A DNA stretch of 64,000 nucleotides from a virus (IMGVR_UViG_2895055527_000002:17917-81916), one strand, 5' to 3'. Positions 8,491 through 18,384 are shown, counted from the stretch's first letter. Numbers and translations: made by a program. The notes: generated by a model from the letters alone, not told the origin.

Positions 8491-8895
8491 GTGGAGGAGG
8501 TCGCTATGCCGGACACGCTTCTCGCAGTGGAACTGTTTGAAGACGGTGACCAGACCGGGGTGCGCTACCGGAATGGGGACCCGGACAAACCCGTCGCGAT
8601 CGAGACGTTCGATCGGTTGATCGCCGTTCTAGGGGACTGCCGTGCAGCAATCGAGCCTCCAATAACAGCGGACCCTCCGCCGCCACATCTGAAAATGACG
8701 GCTGCATACGATCCCAGATGGCAGGTTGGGCCTGATCCTATGGGTGGTGGTGCTGTTCTCAAAATTCGTCATCCCGGCTTTGGTTGGCTCGCATTTGCGA
8801 TTCCACTGCCAGAGGTCGAGAACTTCTGTACGGGCCTAGCGAAGATCGCTCAGGCAATGGCAATGGAAGCCCAAGACCACGGGCCAGCCAACTGA
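8491..8895 (+). CDS. Hypothetical moron protein
   Basis: ORF with GGAGG RBS, antisense to the early operon. Confidence 0.65.
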   Translation: MEEVAMPDTLLAVELFEDGDQTGVRYRNGDPDKPVAIETFDRLIAVLGDCRAAIEPPITADPPPPHLKMTAAYDPRWQVGPDPMGGGAVLKIRHPGFGWLAFAIPLPEVENFCTGLAKIAQAMAMEAQDHGPAN

Positions 8896-8914
8896 CAGAG
8901 GGCAGGGGGAAGCC

Positions 8915-9148
8915 ATGGTCCAATTGCACGAGACGTACAGAGGCTGTGAGATCGACATCGAGATCGGCGAGCGCACCATGCTTTGGGACATCACCATCAC
9001 TGTGACGCCGCTTGATGGTGTCGAGCTCATTGAGCCGATCGGAAGTCGAAAGCTGAAACTTCCCAAGACTGAAGAGCTCGACTTAATCGAGCGAGAGCTG
9101 ATGCACGAAGTTCGGCTCGCGATCGACCGGGACCTCGTTGACCCTTGA
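8915..9148 (+). CDS. Hypothetical protein
   Basis: ORF with RBS, directly after the previous gene. Confidence 0.6.
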   Translation: MVQLHETYRGCEIDIEIGERTMLWDITITVTPLDGVELIEPIGSRKLKLPKTEELDLIERELMHEVRLAIDRDLVDP

Positions 9149-9252
9149 ACCCGAGGGCTTTTCCCAAATCGTGGCGACAAACACTTCTTTCTCACATGCC
9201 CATTGGTAGAGTTTCTTTCCGTGGCGTTGCCCACTGATCTAACTGTCATAAA

Positions 9253-9459
9253 ATGGGCATCCTCATGGATATCACCGATCAATACGAAGATCTGCTTTCG
9301 CGGGTTGAGCGCGCGTGCGCGGACGTCGAAGCTGCAATCAGGCAGTTCGGCGCAGGCCCCGACCGATTGCGCAACGCAACCGCTCACCGTAATGCTGTTC
9401 AGATTGAACTGGTGGAATTCATCCGGCGACTCGGGGCGGCGCAATCCGATCAAGGCTAA
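9253..9459 (+). CDS. Hypothetical helical protein
   Basis: Protein-like composition. Confidence 0.45.
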   Translation: MGILMDITDQYEDLLSRVERACADVEAAIRQFGAGPDRLRNATAHRNAVQIELVEFIRRLGAAQSDQG

Positions 9460-9964
9460 TACTCGACTCATACGCAGGATCTCTTTCAGTGCTTCGGCCG
9501 TGGTCGGGTGGGTGGTCATGCTGGTTTCCACCTCCTGCGTCCGGGAGGGGGGGCACATAGGCGCGGCTTTGTCGACTACGATTTCCATAACGCTCATCAC
9601 GCGCGCTCATGGAGAAACTTGAAATGAACCAAAAAACAAACAGTGGTACTGCCCACGTTTTGAAACTTACGCACGGCAGATACCAGGGTTACGTTCGGAT
9701 CAGCCGTCCCGACTTTGGGGGGCAATCGACTATGCGTGGGTGCGGAGGCCCCCACTGTTCACATGTGGCCGCATTGGCTTGCGCGGTGGCGGCGCTTGTC
9801 AGACTGGGCATTCGTGCATCTCCAATGTGAGCTTCAGTACCGCGGGCTCGTGCATTGCACATTGACGCCTTCGGCTATCAGCATGGGCATGGTGTCGCGG
9901 CAGTCGCCCAGAATGATCTCGTTCTGTCTCATGCTAGGATTCCTCGAAACTTCGTGGAGAGGCC

Positions 9965-10387
9965 ATGGAACGTGACAATCTTGGAGGAATGTCCGACGTC
10001 GCAAAGGAAGTTGCCGAGCACAAGCGAATGATGTGGAGGCAGGCGGATGCGCTGCTTATCGAAGCGTCGAAAGCCTGCATGCTGCTCAATGCTGGTGGAG
10101 TAGTCGCCATGCTGGGCTTCGAGCAAGCGCTACTAGGAAAGGATGCGCATTTGTTCGCCGCCTTTAAGTGGTTTGGTCTAGGTGCCGGAGCGCTTTTTCT
10201 GATTGGCGCGATGTTGACGGTATTCGCACACCAGGCGCGAGCCAGAAGTCGGATTGGAGTATTCGCGGGGGATGGTCCCCGTTCTATTGCGAATGGAAAG
10301 TACGCCGATCGTCTGATGCTTTCCTCTGCGATAGCGTTCGTGCTTGCTTCGGTAATCGCCGGAATCGGAATCGGTCGACTGGGTTGA
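9965..10387 (+). CDS. Hypothetical membrane protein (3 TM)
   Basis: GGAGA RBS; three hydrophobic helices. Confidence 0.65.
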   Translation: MERDNLGGMSDVAKEVAEHKRMMWRQADALLIEASKACMLLNAGGVVAMLGFEQALLGKDAHLFAAFKWFGLGAGALFLIGAMLTVFAHQARARSRIGVFAGDGPRSIANGKYADRLMLSSAIAFVLASVIAGIGIGRLG

Positions 10388-10391
10388 TACA

Positions 10392-10643
10392 TCATCGTTT
10401 CCGCTCCTCCGCTGCCTGAGAGGCGGCGATGCCTTCCTTCGTCAGGAACCAACACAGCGCGGCCCAGCGGCTGTTATCTGAGCGCGTGCTACCAGCCAGC
10501 CCCCGACGTTCCAGCGAGTGCATAGCTGACACGACGGCGACGTTGTTGCTGCCGATCAGGTAGGCGAGAGACGCCGTAGAAATGGCGCCGAAACTATTCT
10601 TCGTGTTGAGCTTGCGGGCGCACCGAAGTTGGAATTCAGTCAC
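10392..10643 (-). CDS. Small wHTH-like protein, paralogue B
   Basis: GTG start overlaps the TGA of the upstream paralogue; (M)TEFQLRC..STASLA..SAMHSLERRGL..SRWAALCWFLTKEG. Confidence 0.7.
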   Translation of the reverse strand: MTEFQLRCARKLNTKNSFGAISTASLAYLIGSNNVAVVSAMHSLERRGLAGSTRSDNSRWAALCWFLTKEGIAASQAAEERKR

Positions 10644-10897
10644 GCATCCCCCTTCGCCTGATTGGCGGCAATGGCGGCTCGGCCTTCGGCGGTCAGGTGC
10701 CAGTACAAGGCTGCCCATCGGCTGTTCTCCGGCCAATACACGCCGCGCACCAATCCCTTTCGCTCGAGCGAACGCATCGCTGATGTGATCGCCACATTAG
10801 ACGTCGCCAGTCGGCCTGCAAGGCGCGCCGTTGATGTCGTACCGGGCCCGTCATTTTGCACAAGAGATTTCATGCAGCGGTTTTGAAAATCAGTCAC
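10640..10897 (-). CDS. Small wHTH-like protein, paralogue A
   Basis: MTDFQNRC..STARLA..SAMRSLERKGL..SRWAALYWHLTAEG. Confidence 0.75.
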   Translation of the reverse strand: MTDFQNRCMKSLVQNDGPGTTSTARLAGRLATSNVAITSAMRSLERKGLVRGVYWPENSRWAALYWHLTAEGRAAIAANQAKGDA

Positions 10898-11561
10898 GCT
10901 TCACCCCCTGTGAGGCAATAATGGCGGCGTCGACGGCGGTGTCTAGATTGTCGTCATCGGATTCATCTTCGATGCGTGCCGACGTATAGAACGTAAGCTT
11001 CCAGATCGTTCCGTCTTCTTCATCAAGGCGTGGTTCTGCATACCAATCGTTCTGGTCCCGTAGCCACCGGTACCGCTGCGCATCCCGCTTGTCCTCCCTG
11101 CCATCCGCAGACAGCGCGGCGCGGGCTTGCCAGCCGTTCCATGCGCGTTCTTCATACGGCGCTTGATACTGCCCCCGTGTCTCGCCCCAGCCGGGGAATT
11201 CAATGCGCTTAAAGAGCCACACTGTAGACGGATACGTTTTGCGCATTTCTTGCTCAAACGCCTCCCGCTCATCCCCGCCTGCCTTTGCAGGAGACGTGAG
11301 GACGGGACTGGCGTACACGTCGAAATGACGGCCCATGCGCCAAGCGTCGTCGAGGGGCTCGAACTCGATATGCCCCTCGTCGATATGCACGCGGCCAACG
11401 GGCTGGCGTTCCATCGTGGCGATCGGCGACGAGGGATCGAGGACAGATTCCGCAGCGGCCCGGAACTGCTCGACGTTCGCAAAGAAGATGCTGCCGTCGG
11501 AAAGGACGTGTGCGCCTGCTGCCTTGATCGCGGCAAGCATCGCGGTTGTGAGTTCAGACAT
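10890..11561 (-). CDS. Phage early-region hypothetical protein
   Basis: Mosaic phage motifs EREAFE, AWNGWQARA, DAQRYRWLR. Confidence 0.75.
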   Translation of the reverse strand: MSELTTAMLAAIKAAGAHVLSDGSIFFANVEQFRAAAESVLDPSSPIATMERQPVGRVHIDEGHIEFEPLDDAWRMGRHFDVYASPVLTSPAKAGGDEREAFEQEMRKTYPSTVWLFKRIEFPGWGETRGQYQAPYEERAWNGWQARAALSADGREDKRDAQRYRWLRDQNDWYAEPRLDEEDGTIWKLTFYTSARIEDESDDDNLDTAVDAAIIASQGVKRD

Positions 11562-11760
11562 CTGTGTCTCCTGTGTCGAGAGGGCAATGACGGCCAGTCG
11601 CTCGCGGCTCGTTGTCGCGGATCTGCGGGCACTGGTCGTGGAAGCACTCGCCGTCGCGGGAAGCTGCGCAGTGCCGCAGAGATTTGAGCGTCTCCACCAC
11701 TGAAGGCGGAGCCGGATCGGTATTCAGCCCTTCAGGGCGGGGGTTTTGGTAGTGGCTCAT
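11554..11760 (-). CDS. Small Cys-rich phage protein
   Basis: CAASRDGECFHDQCPQ..HCPLD; overlaps the next gene. Confidence 0.55.
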   Translation of the reverse strand: MSHYQNPRPEGLNTDPAPPSVVETLKSLRHCAASRDGECFHDQCPQIRDNEPRATGRHCPLDTGDTDV

Positions 11761-11792
11761 GTTAGGATTTCGCGAAACAACAGGAGACGGTA

Positions 11793-12155
11793 ATGGCGAT
11801 CACCATGCGCAACACCAAGTTCATCGATTGCGGGACGGGTATAAGCGCACCTGCCGATGCAGACCTGGATCTGGATCAAGTTGAGTTCAGTCGAGTGCAG
11901 ACGGCACTGATGATTCGCCCCGGCGAGAAGTCAGAGGCCTTAATGGAATTGTTGGGGAAGCTTCCACCGGGACTTCAAGTCGATGACGTAATTGCCTTAT
12001 TGACGCAGTTGCGTGACGACGGAGTGGACGGAAAGACGGCTGACGCAGGCGAGGTTATCGGGAAGAAGGTGTCTTTGTGGGCAGCGGCCAAGGATATTGC
12101 CCCTGAGGTAACGGCTTACCTAATCAAAACGGCGATCGAATATTTCAAGCTCTGA
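11793..12155 (+). CDS. Hypothetical moron protein
   Basis: AGGAG RBS. Confidence 0.65.
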   Translation: MAITMRNTKFIDCGTGISAPADADLDLDQVEFSRVQTALMIRPGEKSEALMELLGKLPPGLQVDDVIALLTQLRDDGVDGKTADAGEVIGKKVSLWAAAKDIAPEVTAYLIKTAIEYFKL

Positions 12156-12738
12156 TCGGTATTGCGTCTGATGCCGAGCGCGGTTCGATGTACCGCCGCG
12201 GGGCCTCGACGTACTCGCGCCAAGCCACCCATCCGTGGGGCGTATGAAAGCCCCAGTTGCGCTGCCACGGCCCCATGACGAATAGGGACCATGCCTCACC
12301 GCCGTCTGGGATTTCTAGGCGGTGGCGATCGGTTGCCCGTCGGAAGACAATCGATCCTGGACCGCGCCAGACGCGGCGATAGCCCTGCACCGTCGCTGCG
12401 TAGGAGCCTGAGCGGAAAGTCCTCTCGGGGCGGCTATCGAATCTTGGCAACTGATCCTGATCGGTCGGGATGACTTCCCAGTATCCACCGCGCAGGACAA
12501 TCGAGACGTTCCACCATGGGTGATCGTGAAGATCGCGGCCCGCATCGCTTCGAATGGTCCGGTGAACGCGGGCGCCCCAACTGGTATCGCGTCGACCGTC
12601 CTCGGCGGCGCTGGCGTCGTGGCCTCGCGGCTTCTTGACCCACCAGCGCTGCATGTAGCCTTTCAGGTCAAAGTAGGGCGTTCGCTGGGCACGGGCGATG
12701 ATTGCACTCGCGACGAACTTTGGTATCCAGATACGCAT
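12145..12738 (-). CDS. Phage cupin-like protein
   Basis: LHDHPW..LRGGYWE..HRLE..WGF. Confidence 0.75.
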   Translation of the reverse strand: MRIWIPKFVASAIIARAQRTPYFDLKGYMQRWWVKKPRGHDASAAEDGRRDTSWGARVHRTIRSDAGRDLHDHPWWNVSIVLRGGYWEVIPTDQDQLPRFDSRPERTFRSGSYAATVQGYRRVWRGPGSIVFRRATDRHRLEIPDGGEAWSLFVMGPWQRNWGFHTPHGWVAWREYVEAPRRYIEPRSASDAIPIRA

Positions 12739-12740
12739 GA

Positions 12741-13634
12741 TCAGGCTCCCGGGGCGGCGCTGATGTCGGAGTGCGCGGTGAGCAGTTCGCGCAACGCCTT
12801 CGCGCTCACGGAAACCTGAAAGTCAGTTTCGCTCTTCGTGATCGCGATGCGTTCAGCCTCGGGCAGCGTCGAGACGAAGGAGCCAACGCGCTCGACATAT
12901 GTGTTGACGACCTTGCGCGGGTAAGACTTCCCCTTGATCGACCCGGCCGTGACCTTCTTTTTACCGCTTGCCGAAGCCTTCTCCAGTTCACCGGACAGGA
13001 ACGTCCCGGCCGCCTCGCCGTGTTGTCGCACGGCGTCGGCGGCGACCGATGCCGAAGTTTTGCCTGCGAACACGAGGCGGTGAACGTCCGTGTTCGCGCC
13101 AGCCAACACGAGCATCTTTCCGACCCATTGGGGTGATACCTGGTCGCTCTCGGCGATTCTGGTGTTGTCCCAGCCAAACCGGCTCAGGCGCTGATAACCG
13201 AATGCCTTTTCGAGCGGGTGAAGCGGGCGGTTCTTGTTGCTCGACAAGATTCGAAGGGTTCGGTCGGCGTCGTTCCCGTCGAACGCGTCGATCCGAATCA
13301 TCAACTCGCCGTCCCGATCCCGGAGGGGCGCGCCCGCAGCGTCGGCGCGACCGATGGTTACATGACGACGATGACCGTCGACGAGCCAGACGCCGCCCTC
13401 GGCGCGGGGCCGGACCTCAAGTGCGGGATATTGGCCGCCCGCCATGATGTGCTGAAACAGGCTTTCGTCGTCCGCCTTGGCCTGTTCGAGTGCCTCGCCT
13501 TCGAGAAGGTCGAGCGAGGCGCGCAGATTGAAGCCGGGTTCGATGTGGATATCGGCGTAGCGGATCTTCATTGCGTCCGCGCGGCGAATTTCCTTGTCGT
13601 TGATCTTCTGTTTGAAGGACGGTACGGTGGTCAT
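12741..13634 (-). CDS. ParB N-terminal-domain-like protein
   Basis: GFNLR..LVDGHRR..PLEKA..HTH. Confidence 0.85.
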   Translation of the reverse strand: MTTVPSFKQKINDKEIRRADAMKIRYADIHIEPGFNLRASLDLLEGEALEQAKADDESLFQHIMAGGQYPALEVRPRAEGGVWLVDGHRRHVTIGRADAAGAPLRDRDGELMIRIDAFDGNDADRTLRILSSNKNRPLHPLEKAFGYQRLSRFGWDNTRIAESDQVSPQWVGKMLVLAGANTDVHRLVFAGKTSASVAADAVRQHGEAAGTFLSGELEKASASGKKKVTAGSIKGKSYPRKVVNTYVERVGSFVSTLPEAERIAITKSETDFQVSVSAKALRELLTAHSDISAAPGA

Positions 13635-13984
13635 TTCAATCCTCGTTCGCGGTCGACGGCGGTACGGATGTGTTCTCGGAATCCCTTGGAAGGGTGTCCG
13701 CCGTATGGGTAGAGAGCTTCGATGTGACGCCAGCGCGCGGCGTCCTCTTCGATGTCGTCACGGCGCTGGGCATCGGTCTTGATGTAGAAGGCGAGGGCAG
13801 CGAGCAGGACGTGAGAGTGAGTTTCCAGCGCCTCGGCTAGTGCATGCCGCGCTTCAATCTCTTCGTGATACCTGGCGGACCCGACGAGTGCGGGCCGGGG
13901 TGATCGGCCACGCTGCTTATTCACGAGCGGCCGGAGTGCTTCCCAAGCCCGCAGTGCTGCTGCCCTGTTCGGGGTATTGCTCAT
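13631..13984 (-). CDS. Phage hypothetical protein
   Basis: ATGA overlap with the ParB-like gene; DAARWR motif. Confidence 0.55.
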   Translation of the reverse strand: MSNTPNRAAALRAWEALRPLVNKQRGRSPRPALVGSARYHEEIEARHALAEALETHSHVLLAALAFYIKTDAQRRDDIEEDAARWRHIEALYPYGGHPSKGFREHIRTAVDRERGLK

Positions 13985-14338
13985 ACGCCGTGCTTCCATC
14001 TCACATAGAGGCAGGCGACGAGAAGAACGCCCCAGATGGTCCATGCCGCCGCAGGATGGCGACGGATCCACCGATCGGTGCCGTTCACAGACCAGATGAG
14101 AAAGCGATCAACCATTTGCAGGCCTCACGACGATTCGCAGTGCGGAGGTGCCAAAGTGCTCGGCGGCAGCTTGTCCGAGTTCGCTCCAGGTGCGAGCGAT
14201 ACCATCGCCGCGATAGCGGCCACCGGCCGTATAGACCGTCACGATGAAGTGTTTCACTTGCGCCCCCTAGTGTTGGGAGATGAGAATGCTTGGCAGGAGC
14301 GCCACCGACTCTGACGGACGGCGCCTTAGGAGACGAAA

Positions 14339-14737
14339 ATGAATCGTTCAATGCATGTGCAGATTGAGTCCACGCGCCATCGCGTCACATGGCGCTGGGC
14401 CGGCGAGCTTTGGATGAGCGGCCCTGAATGGGGCTGGATCTCAATCAACGGCGGTCCAGAGCAAAGCGCGGGATCACCCGAGGTTGTGTGGGCAGCCGAC
14501 GAATCGTTTATGGCGTTCGTAAGCCTCAAGGTCGATGACGTGCCTAACCGAAAAGGGACAGAAGGAATGGGATTTCGAATCGGCCTCGTGCGCATGTCCG
14601 ATGGCGTGATCCGATACTGTCTTGGCAATGTAGGCTTGGCGGATATCAGGCTCTCGACGATGTCAGCAGATTCGATTCAGGCGGTGGTCGAGGGGAAGGT
14701 CCGCACCATCCCCGTGGACAACATTTCTTGGGATTAG
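14339..14737 (+). CDS. Hypothetical moron protein
   Basis: AGGAG RBS; beta-rich. Confidence 0.65.
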   Translation: MNRSMHVQIESTRHRVTWRWAGELWMSGPEWGWISINGGPEQSAGSPEVVWAADESFMAFVSLKVDDVPNRKGTEGMGFRIGLVRMSDGVIRYCLGNVGLADIRLSTMSADSIQAVVEGKVRTIPVDNISWD

Positions 14738-15137
14738 CGCGGACGAAGGGCTGCGGCTTTGACCATGTCCGCCATGGGCCTGTTAGCGCTCAGGCTCGCT
14801 CTACTACCTGTGAACTTTGGGCGCCGTCATCTGGCATAAAGAGGGCGGGCACTCCTCCAGCCATCGGGCAACTGAGATCCCGTGCCGCGTTACGTCCGGC
14901 TTCCACGCCGCTGGCGCGCAATTTTCTATGCAGGCTGGCGGATCAAATGGGCGCGTAGATTAACTAGCCGTAGTCCATAGGCACCGCCGGATTAGGTGTT
15001 GGTCGAATGCGCCTCAAGACCTGCCGGCCAAGGCGCGGGTACGCTGCCGCCCGCGCCCAGAGGAGCGGTAGCAAGATCAGGATGATCGGCATAGGGGCGT
15101 GTAAAGTCATCGACCAAAAGAAACCGAGGGGATCGAA

Positions 15138-15485
15138 ATGGCCGGACGGAAAAGGAAGTATTCGCTAGTAATGCTGGCTCTGCTAACGAGCTCGCCCATC
15201 GTAGGCGCATCGGATTGGGGGAGTTTGTCGTGTCAACATTGGATGAACACGCACGAGACGCCTCCAAAGGCGGCCGGGGGGCTCACTAGCTACAGTGAGT
15301 CAGCAATACTTCACTGGGCGACCGGTTATGTCGCTGGGTTGACCGACGCGAACGGCTCATATGTTGATGTCGACCCGGTCAAGCTCACAAAGTGGCTGGA
15401 AGGCTATTGCTCGAATCGTCCGACCGACTCGGTGAGTGATGCAGCCCGAGCATTCGTGTCGTCTGTTGCGCGGCGGACGAAGTGA
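15138..15485 (+). CDS. Secreted HdeA/Rap1a-like protein
   Basis: Signal peptide; SCQHW..WATGY..YC..P disulfide pattern. Confidence 0.65.
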   Translation: MAGRKRKYSLVMLALLTSSPIVGASDWGSLSCQHWMNTHETPPKAAGGLTSYSESAILHWATGYVAGLTDANGSYVDVDPVKLTKWLEGYCSNRPTDSVSDAARAFVSSVARRTK

Positions 15486-15687
15486 CCCTGCGCTTCACCC
15501 TCAAGAGAGCAGACCCGAGATCCTGAACAGATCGGGGAAGTGGGATACGGGCTATTTAACGTCGCCGCGCCGACGCGGATCCGCTCACTTGAAGGTACGC
15601 CGTCGTAGAAATTTAGGACTACAGTCGGTAGAATTGGCGCGTCGAAACGCGTGATGCGCGTCTCTCAGAGGTGGCCTCCTGAGACTG

Positions 15688-15957
15688 ATGATGACAGCCG
15701 GTATGTCGTACACGTTTGGCCCCCTTGGGTTCGGGGGGGATTTCGCTGTGAATGAAGTAATCGGTGTGTTGTCTACATTCAAAATGGAGGATATGCGTAT
15801 GGTCAAAGAGGCTTGCTTTGCTAAAGTGAGAGAGTCAAAGACGTTGTCAGCCGCAGAAAGTGCTGTGAGGCGTGTCATCGCGTCTCTGGAGGCCCACCTT
15901 CCTTATAGGCTCAAGCCTACTGACGAGCTCGTGCAATTCGAGCGAAAAGGTATCTGA
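15688..15957 (+). CDS. Hypothetical protein
   Basis: ORF only. Confidence 0.4.
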   Translation: MMTAGMSYTFGPLGFGGDFAVNEVIGVLSTFKMEDMRMVKEACFAKVRESKTLSAAESAVRRVIASLEAHLPYRLKPTDELVQFERKGI

Positions 15958-16033
15958 GATCCTATCGGCCGCACTCTGGCGGCCGTCACGCCTACGTCAT
16001 CGGGGGCGTTCCCTCGCCGGGGAGGTGTCAGGT

Positions 16034-16381
16034 TTAGGTTTCGCCGACGAGAATCTCAACTGCTGAATCCGGCCAATAGGTATTGGCATTCCAGTCGGGT
16101 TTCTCCGACTCCATGACGAAGCAATCGATCACCTCTCCGTCCATATCGAGCTGCGGAGTTGCCCAGGTCGAGGCGAGATACGTACAGGTGTGGTCTTGCG
16201 GTACCGGTGCACCATTACGAAAGGTGTCTCCGCCCGTGTATTCCCAGTCGCCCGCGAGCCCAGCAGACGCACAGACAGGCTGATGTTCCTTGATAAGTTG
16301 CGCGGCCTTGTCCCAGTCGAACACCTTCATCTGATTGTTCCGGTTTGCAGACCCCATTGCGAATGCACTCAACGTGTCCAT
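16034..16381 (-). CDS. Phage hypothetical protein (first gene after PL)
   Basis: AGGAGA RBS. Confidence 0.75.
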   Translation of the reverse strand: MDTLSAFAMGSANRNNQMKVFDWDKAAQLIKEHQPVCASAGLAGDWEYTGGDTFRNGAPVPQDHTCTYLASTWATPQLDMDGEVIDCFVMESEKPDWNANTYWPDSAVEILVGET

Positions 16382-16726
16382 TGCATCTCCTCTGACGTAT
16401 ATGGCGCGACTCTCGAGAAGAAAGCCGCCTCAGATACATCACACGCAGTGCCCCGGCTACACCCGGCCAAACCGGCTCCGGGGTCAGCTGCGTTTTGTGT
16501 CGATTACCTCGCCATCGACACGATGAGTGGGCGCCGCGATGTACTGCGGGAGCCAGCCAAACCAGTTGGCCAACCATTTCCGCGTTTCCAACCGACTCAT
16601 CCACGCGTGAGGGAGATGTGTGCGCATGGCGGCGCTATTGCCGCGTGACACCTTTTATCCGCCGAATTTTTAGAGAGCACCCGAGAGGTCGGGCGGGCAG
16701 CGATGTGTGCTGCGTTGGACTTAATA

Positions 16727-16765
16727 ATCACATATGTGATTTGTTGATGTCAACACATTTGTGAT
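16727..16765. promoter_or_regulatory. OL operators
   Basis: ATCACATATGTGAT (16727-16740, perfect palindrome) and AACACATTTGTGAT (16752-16765). Confidence 0.8.
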
Positions 16766-16914
16766 TTTATGGTCCTGCCGAACCACATCTACTTCGCCTC
16801 GGCTTTCGAACAGCGCGAGTCATCGAGCCTCGGTGATCGGCTGCTATGCGATCGAGGGCGTATGACGAGTGATGGAGAAATTAGGTTGAAATTTTCACGT
16901 GTGCGAGGCTAAAC

Positions 16915-16934
16915 TACTGTTCAAATATACAGTA
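16915..16934. promoter_or_regulatory. LexA (SOS) box
   Basis: TACTGT-TCAAATAT-ACAGTA matches CTGT-N8-ACAG. Confidence 0.85.
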
Positions 16935-16965
16935 GTCTTAACAAAAACTCTAAGAGGGCCTAGCT

Positions 16966-17292
16966 GTGACGGAAAGTGGGTCGTCCCAACTGCGATGCAA
17001 GCCAGGGGACTTGGCGCGGATTAATAAGGCTTGGAACGAGCTGTTGGAGGGACGGCTGGTGTTTATCCGCCGCGCCCACTCGTCGACGGAATGGCTCGTG
17101 TACCTGTTGGACGGCCCAGCGTTCTCTATAAGTGAGGACCGATGCCACATGGTGGTCGCTCGAGCAATGATCGCTGACGACTGGGCGCTGGATCCCATCG
17201 GCGGTGCTCGTGATGCGGCGTCGGACGAGGTTACGGGTTCAGACGACCAACCGGCTCATCGTCCGCGGGGAGCATCCGAAGCATCAGATTGA
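16966..17292 (+). CDS. SOS-box-preceded hypothetical protein (candidate antirepressor)
   Basis: Starts about 30 nt after the LexA box; convergent with cI. Confidence 0.6.
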   Translation: MTESGSSQLRCKPGDLARINKAWNELLEGRLVFIRRAHSSTEWLVYLLDGPAFSISEDRCHMVVARAMIADDWALDPIGGARDAASDEVTGSDDQPAHRPRGASEASD

Positions 17293-17617
17293 AAGTATGT
17301 GCGGGTTCCCCGGCCTGATCGGCGCGAAGAATCGCTTCGACAAGTTCGCGCGCGGCGTCGCTCGCGCCACTCAAAGCTGCGTCTAGATTGCCTGCGCTTT
17401 TCCCGCTTGATGTCTGCGGCCCCTTACCTTCAGCAAGCCACAGTGCATTCACCCCAAGGACTTCCGCAATCTGCGGCAAGCGCCTTGCGGTGCCCCGCGT
17501 CCCCGATTCGAGATTCCCGATTGTCGATTGAGTAACGCCAGCCTTTGTCCCGAGTTGTTCTTGGGAGAGGCCAGCTTTCGTTCGTGCCCATCGGAGGCGT
17601 TCGGCTAGGGTGTACAT
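17231..17617 (-). CDS. cI: CI-like XRE repressor without an S24 peptidase domain
   Basis: HTH LSQEQLG..VTQSTIGNLESG..WLAEGKG; divergent from cro. Confidence 0.9.
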   Translation of the reverse strand: MYTLAERLRWARTKAGLSQEQLGTKAGVTQSTIGNLESGTRGTARRLPQIAEVLGVNALWLAEGKGPQTSSGKSAGNLDAALSGASDAARELVEAILRADQAGEPAHTFNLMLRMLPADDEPVGRLNP

Positions 17618-17688
17618 ATCACAATCGTAATGGAGTGCGCCATTTCATTTGTGTTGACTTGAATAAACACAAATGTGATACTCGGCGC
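17618..17688. promoter_or_regulatory. OR operators with PR and PRM
   Basis: Operator-like 14-mers at 17618, 17642 and 17666. TTGACT (17654)-N17-GATACT (17677) on the plus strand; TACGAT -10 on the minus strand. Confidence 0.8.
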
Positions 17689-17904
17689 ATGGACATTCGA
17701 CAAGCAGTCTCCGATCTACTGGAAACCGGCCTCACGCAGTCTCAACTGGCGTTGGCGGCCAATTGCTCGCAATCGCTCATCTCGGCGCTGTTCTCCGGAA
17801 AGCGCGGTGTTCGAACGTCCTACGGAATCGCAAAGCGGATCGAGCAATTACACGCCGCGACGATCGGGACAAGCTCCGGCGGCGCTACTGGGGAGAGCGA
17901 ATGA
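17689..17904 (+). CDS. cro: Cro-like HTH protein
   Basis: GLTQSQLALAANCSQSLIS HTH. Confidence 0.85.
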   Translation: MDIRQAVSDLLETGLTQSQLALAANCSQSLISALFSGKRGVRTSYGIAKRIEQLHAATIGTSSGGATGESE

Positions 17905-18021
17905 AACGACTGTACGCACGGCTTGTGCTGTGGCTGATCCGACCCGCGCTCGAAAAGGCACTCGAACCCGAAGGCTTGATCTGGGTGGAGTTTGAGCGCG
18001 GCGGAACCGGTGGCGAGGCAC

Positions 18022-18243
18022 TCAGTGGACGGACGGTGATTGCTTCGATAGCAGTTCCAGTCCCTCCTGGAGCGCATTGATAAGCATCTGAGCAGCGTCC
18101 GGCGTCAGCGAGAAGTTTCGGCCGTCGTGCTCTTTGCCGTTGAAGAGAAATTTCGGTTCGAGAGTCAACTGGCCGCTCTCGGCGTCGCGCCCGATAGCAA
18201 TGTTGGTCAACGGATAGAAAGTTTTCGTCGGCTGATCCGCCAT
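18022..18243 (-). CDS. Hypothetical protein
   Basis: ORF with protein-like composition. Confidence 0.5.
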   Translation of the reverse strand: MADQPTKTFYPLTNIAIGRDAESGQLTLEPKFLFNGKEHDGRNFSLTPDAAQMLINALQEGLELLSKQSPSVH

Positions 18244-18384
18244 GAGTACCCCGATGGATGTTGAGTTGTACGAAGTGAAGAGCGCACAGCTTAGCACCGT
18301 CGGGGGACTCGCCAAATTTAGAAGTTTTCATGAGGCCATCGTAGTGGCCCGAGAAGCAAATAAAAACGTTCGAGGAACACACAG

